From assembly GCA_000388065.2 (NCBI GenBank), contig KB932205.1: a stretch of 64,000 nucleotides of DNA; one strand, 5' to 3'. The notes beneath the pieces were generated by a model. It worked only from the letters and a program-made list of their open reading frames with translations. It did not search any database and was not told where the DNA came from. A program made the translations under genes and the position numbers. Source of the stretch: Fonticula alba ATCC 38817 (Eukaryota > Protista > Nucleariida). Below, piece after piece: positions 49,586-63,314 of this stretch (its first letter is position 1; the number at the start of each line of letters is the position of its first letter).

Positions 49586-51445
49586 GCCTCTGTCCCCTTC
49601 CATTTTCCTCCCAACAAATGCCTCGCCCGATGTCCCTTTTTTTTCATGCATCAATGCTCACACTCTGCCTTCTCTGTCTCCTCCCCTCTCTCCTCTCCTT
49701 GTTCTTCCCCTTAGCTCGATGTCTTCAAGAAGCACTTCAACGACGAGGTCAGCAAGTATGGCGACGTCGTGGCCGTGAACCTGATCAACGCCGGCGGCTA
49801 TGAGGGTCGCCTGGGCCAGATGTTCGGCGAGCTCATCGAGAACATCGATAACCCGCGTGTTCAGTGCGTTGGTTGTTTCGGGCCTTGTCTTTCTCTCCCT
49901 CTCTCGCATGTCCTTTTCTTGTTCCCCCCCCCCCCCCCCCTTTCGCTTCCACCCATCTCACATCATCCCATTCCGCCTGTCCTCCTTCAGCTATCTGCAC
50001 TTCGACTTCCATGCCGAGTCTAAGGCTGGGCGCCTTGCCAACCTGACTGCCAAGACCGAGGCTCTCGGCGAGCGCCTTGCTGTTCAGGGGTACATGCACA
50101 AACATGCACCCAATCTCCCTCTCTCTGCCTCTCTCTCTCTCTATGCTTCTCTGCCTCGCTTCCCCCCTGCCTCTCTCTCCCTCTTTATTCGTCGCCTGCC
50201 TACACATGCTCACCGTTTGCACTTTCCCATCAAACTCCTTCTCAGCTTTTTCCATGAGTCCCCCGACGGCCAGGTTCTCTCGCGCCAGCACTCGATCGTG
50301 CGCACCAACTGCATGGATTGCCTGGACCGTACCAATGTGGCGCAGGAGATGTTCGCCCGCCTGGCGCTGGTGGATTTCCTCAGCCGCTCCGGCATCCTCT
50401 CCTCGGCCAGCAGCGATGCCATCCCCTCCAACCTGGACTACATCCTGCGCAACGGTATGTCACCATCCGGTGTCTTTCTCTCCCTCTCCTTCTCTCTCTC
50501 TCTCTCCACCTTGACACACCTTCCCAAACTGACCCCTCCCTTCTGCTCTGCCTCCCTTCCCCGCATGTGCACAGTTTGGGCCGATAACGCCGACGCCGTG
50601 TCCACCTTCTACTCCGGCACTGGTGCTCTGAAGACCGACATCACCCGGTACGCGGAGCAATATGTCCTGCCGTTCCTCCCAAGCCGCTCCTCTCTCTCTT
50701 CCCACCACTGGACGCCTTCTTACCAGGTTTCATTCCCCCCCCCCCCGCCCCCCCCCCCCCCCCCCTTGTCTACGCCTGTGCATCTTCTCAGCACTGGCAA
50801 GCGCACCATGCGTGGCGCCCTCCAGGACGGCATCAACTCCCTGCAGCGCTACCTGACCAATCAGTTCCTGGATGGCCGCCGTCAGGATGCCATTGACGCT
50901 CTTCTTGGCCAGCAGTCCACCACTGCCAGCCCCGATGACGATGCCAACGCCGCCAACAAGGTCGTCCGCCCGGCCGGTGTCAAATACGTATGTCTCCCTC
51001 CTGTGTTCTCGGCCCACCTCCCGCCCCCGCGCCCCCGCGCCCCCCCCTCCCCCATCGTGCTCTTCCCTTTGGCCAAGGAGCGACTCCAAACTTACCCCCC
51101 CCCTCCTCCAGATGCCCTTCCTGTTCTTCCTCTCCCTCTTCAACGTGGCGGCCACCCTGGTCAACCGGCCCTGTACGTGGTGCCTCGCATATTCGCCTCT
51201 CACTTGGGGTCCCCCCTCCCTCTTCTTCCCCCTCGCTTGGCCCTCACTCACCGCGCGATGCAGCTTCCCCGACCTACACCTTCCTGATTCTGGCCTTCTG
51301 GTCGGGCCTGGCTTTCACTTCGGCTCGGGGGATCCTCAACAACGGGGGACACCTGGTCAGCCGGCCCCGGATTTGGGATCCCCGTTCCGGCCGTGTCAAG
51401 CCCTTCTGGAGCCCCAGCTGCCTGTCGGATGGCGACTGCCAGTAA
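48351..51445 (+). CDS. SAC1: Phosphoinositide phosphatase Sac1; 5' end in a gap
   Basis: FYFSPTYDLSRSLQ, LLTRRCVFRAGTRYNTRGVD, QTRGSMPFYW, catalytic RTNCMDCLDRTNVAQ, WADNADAVS..YSGTGALKTD, two C-terminal TM helices. Confidence 0.97.
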
Positions 51446-52024
51446 TAGGCGCTGGCCCGGGGCCGGGAGAGCAAGTCCACGGCCCTGGCTTCGTGACTCA
51501 TCATCTCCTCGCTCGCGCGCGGAGGTATCCGCATGTCCGACACATATGCCACACGATCGCGAGGAGGGGGTGCCCCCCCCCCCCTCCACGGAGCTCCAAT
51601 GGTCAACCGCCGAACATTCCTCCGAGGGAGTGCATTAGTGCATGTCCCACCTCCCCCCCCCCCTCTCTCTCTCTCCTGCCCGAAAGGGGTGAAAAAGAAT
51701 AAAAAGAAAGATTGTCCAGCCGATTGCGCCCAGTCCAAGGGAAGGCCCATTCCTTGCCTTCTGCCAAGCTGGCATGCGCGCGAGTGGGGGTCAAATCTAT
51801 CAATGTATATTGTATGTGTGTGAGGGGGAAGGGAGGCGCGCGGATGGGCTGCCGCTGGCGATGGTTTTTTTTTCCGTCTCCCGTTGAGGCATGAGGAAAG
51901 GCCCGGCAGGTGTGGATGCGGATATACGGTGCGATGGGCACACTGGACGCGCTGAGGCACACGCCATGTGAACAAGGTAGGACGCGCCGGGGAGGCTTCC
52001 TGCCAGGGCTTTTTTTTTTCCTTC

Positions 52025-52772
52025 TTAGATCTGCGTGATACGGGGCTTGTGCGGCGGGGTGTCCATCGGGTCCAGCATGTCCAGGGGCATGGTGCGCTCA
52101 AGGGCCGGCTTGAGAGCGTACGCCGGCGAGCCGAGTGGCACATTGGACCAGGACTCGTAGCGGCGATCGATGACACGGAAGAGACGCGGGGCGTCGGTTT
52201 GCAGCTCCAGGCGCGCCTCGCGATGGAGGGCCACCTTCCTGCGGATGTGCTCCACATGCAGGTTATGCTGGGCCTGGCGGAAAATCCGGTTGGCGTAGAG
52301 GATGAAGTTCACACGTTCGCGGTTCTCCAGAGTGTCGGGCGAGTACTTGGTGGGGATGTCACCGACGGGGTTGATGAAGTCCACCGTGCGGGCCAGGACG
52401 GCCTGAGCCTCCTTCGGGTCTTCGGGCGAGGGGTGGTGGTGGTGGTGGCGGCGGCGACAGTGGGCATGTGAGCATAAGGCGGGCGGGGCGGGCGGAGCAG
52501 GGGAAGACAGAGAGGGCAGGGAGGCAGGCGTCGCGCCGAACGGCAAAGAGAGGGGCGAGGAGAGGCGAAGAGGAGGGAGGGGGAGAAGGCGCACCCATGA
52601 TGATGTCATCCTCGCTGACAGTCTTCTTCTTGGCGGACTTCTTGGCGGCCTTCTTGGAGTAAAACTGGGCACCAGCTGGGGTGGCCAGGACCACCTGGGG
52701 GCGCGCAGCGGCGACGGCGGTAAGACGGTGCGCGGCGGCGGCGGAGGTGGAAAGCAGCCCACGAGAGAGCAT
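52025..52772 (-). CDS. MRPL40: Mitochondrial ribosomal protein mL40-like
   Basis: Presequence MLSRGLLSTSAAAAHR, Lys-rich KKAAKKSAKKK, then ENRERV...RQAQHNLHVEHIRRKVALHREARLELQTDAPRLF...PMDTPP, matching the mL40 pattern; 2 exons. Confidence 0.7.
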
Positions 52773-54015
52773 TTTCGGGCGACTTCTCCTGAGCGATTCT
52801 GGAGAGCCCCCCGACGAGGAAAAAGGGCCGCACGTAAACATTCGAACAGGAGGTCAGTAGCTGCAGCGAGAGGCAGGACAGGCCGGTGGAGAGGAGCGGG
52901 ATGCGTGGCAGGCGAAGTGCGCGAGGCGGAGGCACGAACAGGGTGCAGGGGCGACAGCAGGCGGATGGGCAGAGGAGCGGGGTGCGGGATCGGCCCGGCC
53001 GGCCCGGCCCCCAGGGGTGGCCGCCGAAAATGATGCGCCTGACGGATCGCCGCGCCTCCCCCACCGACCCCAGGGCCGAGCGGAGGTGGTGTGTGGGAGC
53101 GCGCGGACCCTCCCCTTCCTCCCCCCCCCGGCCGGTCGCCCTCCTGCACTGTGCCGTCTGCGCTGCCAGCCAACCGCCCGGGGAGGGGGCGCGGGGGGGG
53201 GGGGGGGGCAAGGACGCCGAGCCCTGGGGTTGAACGTGGCCTTTGCAAATAGGTCGCACGTGTGAAGTGCGCTGGCACTTCTCTCGGGTGGGCGCGTCTC
53301 TCGCGTCGCGGGGTTCTGCAACTATAGAAGGCCGGCCGCTCCGTTCCCCTTTGCATGGGGAGGGGGGGGGGCTTGGGCATTGTAGGCTCCGATTCGGAAT
53401 AAATCGGCTCCTTGTGGGGGTGGCGAGATGCAGAGGAGGCTCGGCCGGAGGGCCGAGGGGAGGGCCCCCCTCGACGCGAGATTTCCGCCGAGGGAGAGTC
53501 CGTGCACATGCGCGTGCGCGAGCACACACCCTCTTCTCCCCCCTCCCCTTGTCCTTGGTCGTGTGTCCCGCGACGCCCAACGGAAATATCATGCTTCCTG
53601 GCGGTGAGGCCGGCCCGGAGGCCAGCTCGGCTCAGTTGGCAGGCGCCGCCCCGGTCCTAGGCTCTTGGCCCTTGGCCGGCGGGCACGCGCGCGCGCGCAC
53701 GCACGCACGCACGCAGGTGTACACTCTCTCTCTCTCTCCCCGGGAAAATGTGTGCCGGCTCCTGTAGGGCCGTTCCGTGGGAGGGGGTGGCCGGTGCCCG
53801 TGGAACAGGGGAGGTGTTGAGGCCTGTTGCACACGGGCCCACAGGGGTGCACGGTCGATCTGCCCGGATTTGGGCCCCCCCCCCACCGACCGACCACGGA
53901 AAACGCCCCTCCCACCAGTCCGACCCCTCCTTCCACTCTCGCCATTTGATTGCCCTGCGTGTGTCCCTGCCTTCTCCGGTCGCCGAAGGCACTCTTCCCC
54001 CTGTCCTCCATCGGC

Positions 54016-57000
54016 ATGACTTCCAACGCCGCGAATGCCGCCCGCCGCGATGAGCATCAGCTGCGCTTTATCCTGGTACCGCCCTCCCCTCCTCCCTGCA
54101 CCTTTCACCTTGTGGGCGATGGCATGCCTCCCGGGATCCCCGGGCGCACTGTCATCCGGATGCCTCTCTTCCTCCCCTTCGGTCGTGCTCTTACTGACCT
54201 GGCTTCCTCGCTCCGCAGCAACTCCACGACTCGCAGCAGTATCGCAATGCGCTCAAGGAATGCGACAAGATCCTGAAGAAGCAGCCGACCAGCGGTGGTT
54301 CGTTTGTCCCCCCCCCCCCCCTATACTTCCATGCCTCGGCCCCCCTCACGTCCAACCACCNNNNNNNNNNNNNNNNNNNNNNNNNNNNNNNNNNNNNNNN
54401 NNNNNNNNNNNNNNNNNNNNNNNNNNNNNNNNNNNNNNNNNNNNNNNNNNNNNNNNNNNNNNNNNNNNNNNNNNNNNNNNNNNNNNNNNNNNNNNNNNNN
54501 NNNNNNNNNNNNNNNNNNNNNNNNNNNNNNNNNNNNNNNNNNNNNNNNNNNNNNNNNNNNNNNNNNNNNNNNNNNNNNNNNNNNNNNNNNNNNNNNNNNN
54601 NNNNNNNNNNNNNNNNNNNNNNNNNNNNNNNNNNNNNNNNNNNNNNNNNNNNNNNNNNNNNNNCCCCCCCCCCCCTCGCACCGTATTCAGGTGTCCTCGC
54701 GCTCAAGGCCCTGACGCTGAACTTCCTCAAGCGCAAGGAGGAGGCCTATGAGCTTGCCCGTCAGGCGGTGCAGAACAACCTGACCAACTTCCTGTGTGCG
54801 TTGCCTCTGTCTGTGCGCCCCTGCTTCCCTGTTGGTTCCTCCTCCCCTCTGGCTGACTGTCTTGCCGCTGGTCATCTCCCTCCCTTCCCTTCCACCTTCG
54901 CGCTGGCAAACAGGCTGGCATGTCATTGGTCTGATCTATCGCTCGGACCGTAACTACACCGAGGCCATCAAGTGCTATCGCAATGCGCTTCGCATCGACC
55001 CTGTACGCCGGCCTCGCCTTCCGCCGCCTTCTCTCGCCCATTTCCCTCTCTTCGTTGCCGATTGCCTCCCCGCTGACGCCCCCTCCCTCGCCCGCCAGAC
55101 CAACTACAACCTCCTGTATGACATGAGCAACCTCCTCCTGCAGGAGCGCAAGTTCACCGAGTGCCTGGTACGCACATGCACATCTATCCCCCCCCCCCCC
55201 NNNNNNNNNNNNNNNNNNNNNNNNNNNNNNNNNNNNNNNNNNNNNNNNNNNNNNNNNNNNNNNNNNNNNNNNNNNNNNNNNNNNNNNNNNNNNNNNNNNN
55301 NNNNNNNNNNNNNNNNNNNNNNNNNNNNNNNNNNNNNNNNNNNNNNNNNNNNNNNNNNNNNNNNNNNNNNNNNNNNNNNNNNNNNNNNNNNNNNNNNNNN
55401 NNNNNNNNNNNNNNNNNNNNNNNNNNNNNNNNNNNNNNNNNNNNNNNNNNNNNNNNNNNNNNNNNNNNNNNNNNNNNNNNNNNNNNNNNNNNNCCCCCCC
55501 CTCGCTCCCTCGGTCTCTCTCTGCACTCGATAGCCGACCTTCTGGCCAACCTGAACCGCACGGCCGAGGCCGAGGCCATCCTGCTGGCCGAGTTTGACCG
55601 GAACCCGGAGAACGCCGACCTGGTGCGGGCGCTGCTGCGCGTGCGCGGCGGTGCCGACGCCGAGGCCGGCCTCTACGCGGAGCTGGCCCAGCGCCGCCCC
55701 CGGTCGCAACTGGTCCGCCATCTCCAGCTGACGAGCAGCACCGGGGCGGATTTCGCCCGGCAGCTGGCCACCGGGGTGGTGGCTGGCATCCGGCGCTGCG
55801 TGCCGTCGACCTTCAACTCGCTGAAGGCTCGGCTGTATGTGGATGCCGAGTCGCGCACCATCACCGAGACCCTGGTGACGGATCTGCTCCGGTCTTCGGA
55901 GGCCGGCGGGCGTCTGCAGTCGTCGCTGCTGCCGGCCGGCGAGGAGAAGGCCGACTTCTCCGAGCCTGCCTCCTCGCGCCTGTGGGTGCTCTATTTTGCG
56001 GCCAACCACTATGCCGCTGTGCTGGACCTGGAGCGGGCTCTGGAGCTGGTGGATCTGGCCATCGCCCATACCCCGACCCTGCCCGATCTGTACATCCTCA
56101 AGGGGAAGCTGCTGAAGGTGGGTTGTGTCCTCCTGCTCCTCGGCCTTCCGCCGGCTCTTCGGGCCTGGCTCTCTCTCTCTCTCTCTCTCTCTCTCGGGGC
56201 ATCCGGTCCTTCCCACTGACACTCCGTTTCCCACTCATTCGCTGGCTCACTTCCTTGCGGTTGCATATGTGACGGGCGGCGTCCAGTCGTGCGGCGACCT
56301 GAAGGGCGCCATGGCCGCCTCGACCTACGCCTTCGACCTGGACAAGCAGGACCGCTACCTGAACACGGAGGCCTGCAAGATCTCCCTCGAGGCGGGGGAT
56401 CTCGCGCATGCCGAGAAGCTGATCGAGAACTTCACCCGCGCCGACCCGGACGGCGCCAGTGTCCTCAAGTCCCTGGACCAGCTGCAATTCTCCTGGTTCT
56501 CCACCCTGGCCGGCAAGGCGCTGCTGAAGGACCGCCAGGCGTACAAGGCCCTGGCGCGCTTCCGCCAGGTTCACCGGATCTACCTGGAGTTCTGGGATGA
56601 CCAGCTGGACTTCCACACCTATTGCCTGCGCAAGATGACCCTCCGTGCCTATGCCAGCCTCATTTCCTATGAGAACCGCATCCGCAAGGATGTGGCCTTC
56701 TTCGATGCCGCGCTCGGCGCCATTGAGGCGTACATCTTTGTGCATGACCACCCGGCCGAGGCGGGCCGCGAGCTGGCCACAGTCCTGAAGGCGCAGGAGA
56801 AGGTCGCGGTCAAGCAGCGTGCCGCGGCCGCGGCCGCCGGCAAGACGTACAGTGCGTGGGGCATTTGTTCGCCTTCTGCTCTGTGTTTCTTTCCTTCACA
56901 CACCCCCTTCCTCGGGCGGTCGGGTATTTGACATGGCTTTCCCGTGGGTTTCTTCTCACCAGCCTCTTTTCCTGTCGCTCGCTTGCCTCGTTCCCATCCC

Positions 57001-57915
57001 TTCAATGCCCGGTGTTGGCTGTGTGATAGCCGTCCCGGCCACCGATGTCGAGGCCGTTGAGGATCTCCTCCAGGAGGCCATCGACAACTTTGTCCGGCCG
57101 CTGGTCCAGGACTACCCGGGGGACATTCGCGTGCAGGTTGGCGCGGCGGCGATCTACGCACGCAAGGGCCTGCTTGATCTGGCCCAGCGTGCCCTGCTGG
57201 CTGGCCTGGCCATTGACGCCTCGCACCCGGACCTGCTGGTGGCTCTGGTGTACTTCCTGACCAAGGCTGTTCCGGCATCGAGCGGTTTCGCCCCCGACGC
57301 TGGTCTGCCTACTTCGGCGGAGGCTCTCATCGCCGCGGCCCCGCGTAGCAGCATCCCCCACCTGAGTGGTGGTGCGTTCTCCCTTGTCTGTCGCTTCTCT
57401 CCATCCCTCTTGATCCCCCTCTCGTCCATCTTGCGCCCCGGCCGGCGTCTTGTCTGCTGTCTTCCTCTCTTTCTCTTCCCCCCCCCCCTTTGCCACCCTC
57501 CCATTCCCGCGCTTGCGCTCCCCCCTTGATTGCTGCACACGCGGTGTCCCGACGTCTGACGTTCGCGCCCCTCCCCTCTCCGCCTCGAATGACAGTCCTC
57601 CGGGCCACGGCTCTCATGCATGGGCCGACTGCCGCCGAGACCCAGGCCGCCGGGATGGCTTTCGCCACGGCGACCGGTGCTCTGACCGCGGACCAGATCA
57701 GCGTGGTCGAGGACCTCCCGGTGGCGGAGGCCGCTCTGGCCTGGCTGAAGGCCCATGGCCAGGAGGCCGCGGCCAGCGCCTTCTCCGAGGCGTGCCAGAA
57801 GATTTGGCCGCGTGCCACCGCCTTCGGCAGTGCCGCCTTCTCGATAGATGAGCTGCGCCAGTCTCTGGCTCTGGCGTCGGGCTGCGAGAAGGAGGGCTTC
57901 TCGCCGCTCGCCTGA
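54016..57915 (+). CDS. NAA15: NatA auxiliary subunit Naa15 (Nat1), TPR protein interrupted by gaps
   Basis: [87 protein letters not shown]. Confidence 0.96.
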
Positions 57916-59104
57916 GCGGGCAGCTGCGCGCACGCACAAGCATGTAATGGCACAAGGTGGCAGAGGGTCTCGCGGTGAGGCAGCAGCCACCCTTTTGCCA
58001 GGCCCCTTCCCCTCCGCCTCTTCCTCCTCCCCTCCCTCTCCCGATAGCTCTCCATGAGCGCCGCGTGGCGGTGGGGGCATCTTCCGGCACCCTCGCGGCG
58101 CGTAGGCAGTCAAGCACGAGCGGGTTCGCATGCCCTGGCACGGCGATGTGTGTAGTCTCCCGGTCATTAGATCTCGGGTTCTCCTTCTCAATAGGAGGGA
58201 CCGTCTCCCTGTGGACAAACACAGGGGTGGCCGTGGAGGCGGACCCACATCTCCTGGGCCAGGGTGTGTGAGCCTGCCCCGTGGCTCACCGCGGGGACCT
58301 TCTTTCGCCTGCCCCCCCCGCGGAGGGCCTCCCTTTTCAAGCCTCCTTCCTCCCCGCTTCCCCAACCGCGGGAGCCTGGGCGAAACGTCGCGGGGGCACG
58401 CAAAAATACACAGCACCGCGTCTTTCCGCCGCCTTTTTCTTGGCTGCGCGCTCCGCGCGGCGCGGCTTTTCGGGGTCTCTCTCTTCTTTTGCGCGGGCTG
58501 AATGTCGCGGCCTGGTGGCGGGCAATGTGCCAACGGATGGGTGCTCCGTCGGGAGCTCGCGATGCCGGCGGCTCCATCAGGCGCCGCGGCGCCGGCCGCT
58601 CCGGTGGTCTGGGGGAGAGCAGCACACAGACACAATTCCGCACTAGCGTGCAGACTTACGCCTGATTTGCCTTCCCCCCCCCCCNNNNNNNNNNNNNNNN
58701 NNNNNNNNNNNNNNNNNNNNNNNNNNNNNNNNNNNNNNNNNNNNNNNNNNNNNNNNNNNNNNNNNNNNNNNNNNNNNNNNNNNNNNNNNNNNNNNNNNNN
58801 NNNNNNNNNNNNNNNNNNNNNNNNNNNNNNNNNNNNNNNNNNNNNNNNNNNNNNNNNNNNNNNNNNNNNNNNNNNNNNNNNNNNNNNNNNNNNNNNNNNN
58901 NNNNNNNNNNNNNNNNNNNNNNNNNNNNNNNNNNNNNNNNNNNNNNNNNNNNNNNNNNNNNNNNNNNNNNNNNNNNNNNNNNNNNNNNNNNNNNNNNNNN
59001 NNNNNNNNNNNNNNNNNNNNNNNNNNNNNNNNNNNNNNNNNNNNNNNNNNNNNNNNNNNNNNNNNNNNNNNNNNNNNNNNNNNNNNNNNNNNNNNNNNNN
59101 NNNN

Positions 59105-61060
59105 CCGATGGTGATAGTGAGCAAGATGATGATGATGATGATGATGACGACGACGACGATGACGACGTACGCCCGGGCGTTTAGCTGTTGGATGTTCCCT
59201 CCCCCCCCCCCTGTCACCCCTTGCCTTGTTATGGTTTCTCATCTTGCCCTACCTTCACAGATCCACGTCAGTTTGGATTTCTCCCAGCTTGGTGCTCCGA
59301 CTGTGTGCGTCGCCAGCTCATCGGGCAGCCGCGTCCTTTTGTCGCTCTTGCTTGGGGCAATGCACTGATCCTCTTCTCCCCATGTATTGCGCGCAGCCCG
59401 GATAAGACTCGTGTGGCGGTAGCCGCCCCGGAGCCTGAGCCCGCGGCGCCCGGCACGCCGACATCCGCCGACCCCTCGGCGCCGCGATCCCTTCAGACCA
59501 CGGCCACCAGCTCCAGCGGTGGGCTGCTCATCCTCTCAACCGCCACGGCCAAGGCTGACGGCGGCACAAGTGCGTCCGCCTCCTCCGCCACCCTTTGGTC
59601 GGCCTCTGTCCGGATGTTCCCCCGGTTGCCCCCCCCCCCCCCCCCCTCCCCCGCTGACACAAGCCCTGCATGCAGCGAATGCCGCTGGCCAGGCGCCGAA
59701 CGCCGTGGGCTCGGCCGCGGCGCCAGTGGATCTCAGCACCATTCCCACGTTGGGTGACCGGCCCATCATCGAGGTGGACACCTTCTCCTTCAAGGAGAAG
59801 CCCTGGCGCAACAAGGGTGCGTGGCCTTACACCTGCCCACTTTCCTGCGCCGGAGGCGGCAGTCGCTCACCTATCTCTTTCATGGCTGGTCGCCGCCTTG
59901 CTGCCCGCCCGTCCATCCCGCCCGCCCGGTCCCCCCCCCCGCTCTCTTCCTCTCTTACTGTTGATTGTGCATGTGCATGCGCGACACAGACGCCAACCCC
60001 NNNNNNNNNNCCCCCCCCCCGCTCTCTTCCTCTCTTACTGTTGATTGTGCATGTGCATGCGCGACACAGACGCCAACCCCAGCGATTACTTTAACTTTGG
60101 TTTCAATGAGGACTCCTGGCGGGAGTACTGTAGACGGCAGTTGGCTGCGCGGGGTCTCCTGGCAACTGGCCAGAAGGATGTCATCTCCCCGGGGACAGCC
60201 TCCATGGCTGAGTACCGGGCCTTGCCGTCGTCGGTGATGGCTGGCCTCGGGGCCGGTGGGATGATGGCCTCGCCGCCGCCGGGGCTCTTCCACATGGGTG
60301 GTCTGCCGCCGCCGCCGCCGCCACCAGGGCACCTGATGCATCATGGTCCGCCCGGAGGGGGCATGATGCCGCCCGGGCGGCATCCTCTGCCGCCGGGCAT
60401 GTCTATTCCCGGGATGCATCCCATGCCGCCAGGGATGCCAGGGATGCCGCCGATGTTCCCGCCCCATGGCCGGCCCCCGGGTCCCGGAGGGGACATGGTG
60501 CCCTCCGTACGTGTCCCGGCTCTCTGTGCCGATTCCCCTGCTCTATTCATCTCTCTCTCTCTCTCTCTCCCTCTCTCTGGGTCTCTTTGGGTCTCTTTGT
60601 CTCCCTTCTCTCACACTTCCTCCTCACGGGCAACCGTCTTTGTCCATCCATTTCCCCCATGCCCCATGTCCTCCCAACATTCCCGCAGATGGGCCACCAT
60701 GGTAACTTGCGTGGACATGGTGATGCTCCAGACCGGGGCCATCGGTCGCGGTCGCGGGCCGACGATCGGGATCGGGATCGGCGATCTCCATCCCGGTCAT
60801 CCTCGCGTGCTCCCGCCGCCGACCATCATGATGAGTATGCCGGCGGATCGGCCGGCTCCGGGCCCAACGACGGGTACGCCTCTTCGTCTTCCTCACGAGA
60901 CCGGGCCTCGCGATCCAGTCGCCGGCAGTCCCCCGCCTCATATCGCGATCGGAGTCCAGACCGACATGGGGATGGTGGCCGCGGCCGCAATGGCGATGGC
61001 GGTGGCCGCCACCGAGGGTCCTCCACACGCAACCGAGACCGGAGCACTTCTGGCCGGTGA
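59105..61060 (+). CDS. FIP1: Pre-mRNA 3'-end processing factor Fip1; 5' end in a gap
   Basis: Acidic N-terminus, Fip1 motif IIEVDTFSFKEKPWRNKG|DANPSDYFNFGFNEDSWREYCRRQ, Pro-rich middle, RD/RS-rich tail. Confidence 0.93.
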
Positions 61061-61589
61061 TAGGGCGCCTCCTCCCTGTCATCCCCGCCTCCCCTCCCCT
61101 CCCCCCCCCTCTCTCTCTCTCTCCCCGGGCTCTGTGTATACCCTCCCCCCTCCTCCCCCTCCTCTCTCAAGCACCAAATACACGCCCTTTCAGCACACAA
61201 CACTCAGCACCGCGGGTGGGGGGCGCGCATGCGCATGATGGGAGTTGCCTTTTTTTTTCTTATTCTGACGCTGCCCTGAAAGAAAGTAGGACACCGGGGC
61301 AGTGGGAAAGAGGAGGACAAAGCACGAAAGCAGGCAATAGCTGCCCACATGCCAAAACGCGAGAGGCACACAAGGCACGGGGAATGGGCTGCACCACATG
61401 TGTGGATGTGTGTCACAAAACCGGGATGCAATAATAAGCGCTCACGCATTCGCACGGACATAGGTGCGCATGCCCGGCATGTGAGGGCAAAAAAAAAAGA
61501 AGGAGGAGCAGCGCAGACAACAAGCGCTCAAGGACAGGCAGGACATTGTATGGTGGGGAGAGGGGGGCAACAAACGCTCACAGCTCGGT

Positions 61590-63314
61590 TTACTTCTTCG
61601 GGCGGGCGACAGCACCGGCCCCGGCCGGGGCCCCGGTGGCCGCGAAGGACTGCAGCGCATCGCGGATGTCCAGGCCAGTCAGGGACTCGACCACGGTCGG
61701 CAGCTGGGCCGAAAGGGCGGTGATGTCGCCGATGCCACCGGCGCCGCCGCCACCGGCACCAGTGCCAACCACCACAATCTTGGAGGTGTTGTTCAGCGGG
61801 GCCACCAGGGAGTTGGCCAGCTGCGGCAGCTGCTTGATGATCATCTCGGTGAAGGCGCCGTCGGTGAACTGGCTGTAGGCTTCGGCGTGGGCGTTCATGC
61901 GCACGGCCTCGGCCTCACCCTTCATGCGAAGGACCTTGGCCTCGGCCTCACCGGTCAGGCGGATGCGCTCGGCCTCGGCCTCGGCGCGACGCATCTGGAT
62001 CATGCGCTGACCCTCGGCCTCCTTCTCCAGGCGGTAGCGCTCGGCCAGGGCCGGCCGGCGGACGGTGGCCTCGAGCTCGCGCTCCCGGCGGCTGACCTCC
62101 TGGGCCTCGACCTCGATCTGGGCACGGCGACGAATCAGCTCGATCTCCAGCTCCTCATGCTTGAGCTCCTGGTTGATCTTGGCCTCCTGCAGGCGACCGG
62201 CCAGCTCGGCCTTGGCGCGCTCGACATTCACCTCGCGGTCGTAGGCGGCCGAGTGGATCTCGCGAGTGCGCTCCGAATCCGCGGCCTTGGTCTGGGCACT
62301 GTACTGCCCGACGCTGTGCTGCAGCCGGGACTCGCACTCGTGCTGGGTGGCCTCGCAGTCGGCGTCGGCCTGGCCGACCGTGGCGTCGCGCTTGACCTCG
62401 GCGATGCGCTTCTTACCGAGGGCCTCGAGGTAGCCAACATCATCCTGTGTGTGGGGGAGACGGAGGGGCGCGGGGGGGGGGGGGGGAACAATTAGACACC
62501 ATCAACAGCGGGCACCGGGCAGCGGCGAGCCGGCGGAGTGGACATGCGCAGGGCAAATGTGGCGGTCGGGCGCCCGAGTGGAGGGGGGGGGGGGGGGACA
62601 CGCACAATGACCTCCTTGATGGTGTACGACAGAATCTGCAGGCCGAGGCCGCGGATGTCGGCGTCGGCGATCTTCTCCACCTCCTCGGCGAACTTGGTCC
62701 GGTCGGTGTAAATCTCCTCGATGGTCATGGTACCCATGATGGCACGCTGGTGGCCCTCCATGGTTTGCGAGGCAATGGAGCCAATCTCCTCGCCGCTCAT
62801 GCCGAGGAAGTGGTCGGCCGCCAGGCGCATCTGGTCCGGCTGGCGGGAGATGCAGATAACCGCCACCGAGGACACGGTGATCGGCACACCCACGCGGGTG
62901 TACACGAGCTTCGAGCAGATGCTGATGGTCATGACGCGCAGGTCCAGGCTGGGCGTCGCATGGGCAGAGCCCAGCGCAGGGGGGGGGGGAGGGGAGGGGA
63001 GGAGAAAGTGTCAGAGTGATCGGGGCCCCGGCCGCCGTCGGGTGTGCAAGAGCCACAGGAGCAAGCGTACCGATCAACCTGCTGCACGCAGGGCATGCGG
63101 AAGGAGTACCCATTGCTGATGATCTTCGGCCGCGACTGGAAGGCACCTGCGGGGGCGGGGAAGAGGGGGGGAGGGGGGGGGGGCAGAGCAAGAGGGGAGA
63201 GAGGAAGGTCAGAGGGCTGCCCGGCACCGGAGGTCATGAGAGTGAGCGGGCGGGGGAGGGCGCACCCGACTTGACGAGGGCCTCCTCAGGGCCACAGGTA
63301 TAGATCAGACCCAT
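61590..63314 (-). CDS. FLOT: Flotillin (SPFH family)
   Basis: MGLIYTCGPEEALVKSG, GVPITVSSVAVI, QTMEGHQRAIMGTMTIEEIYTDRTKFAEEV, LGLQILSYTIKE, EA-rich coiled coil (EAEAERIRLTGEAEA). Confidence 0.96.

Noticed and set aside
59932-60080. ~70-bp direct duplication flanking a 10-N gap in FIP1
   Set aside because: Typical overlapping contig ends around a placeholder gap.
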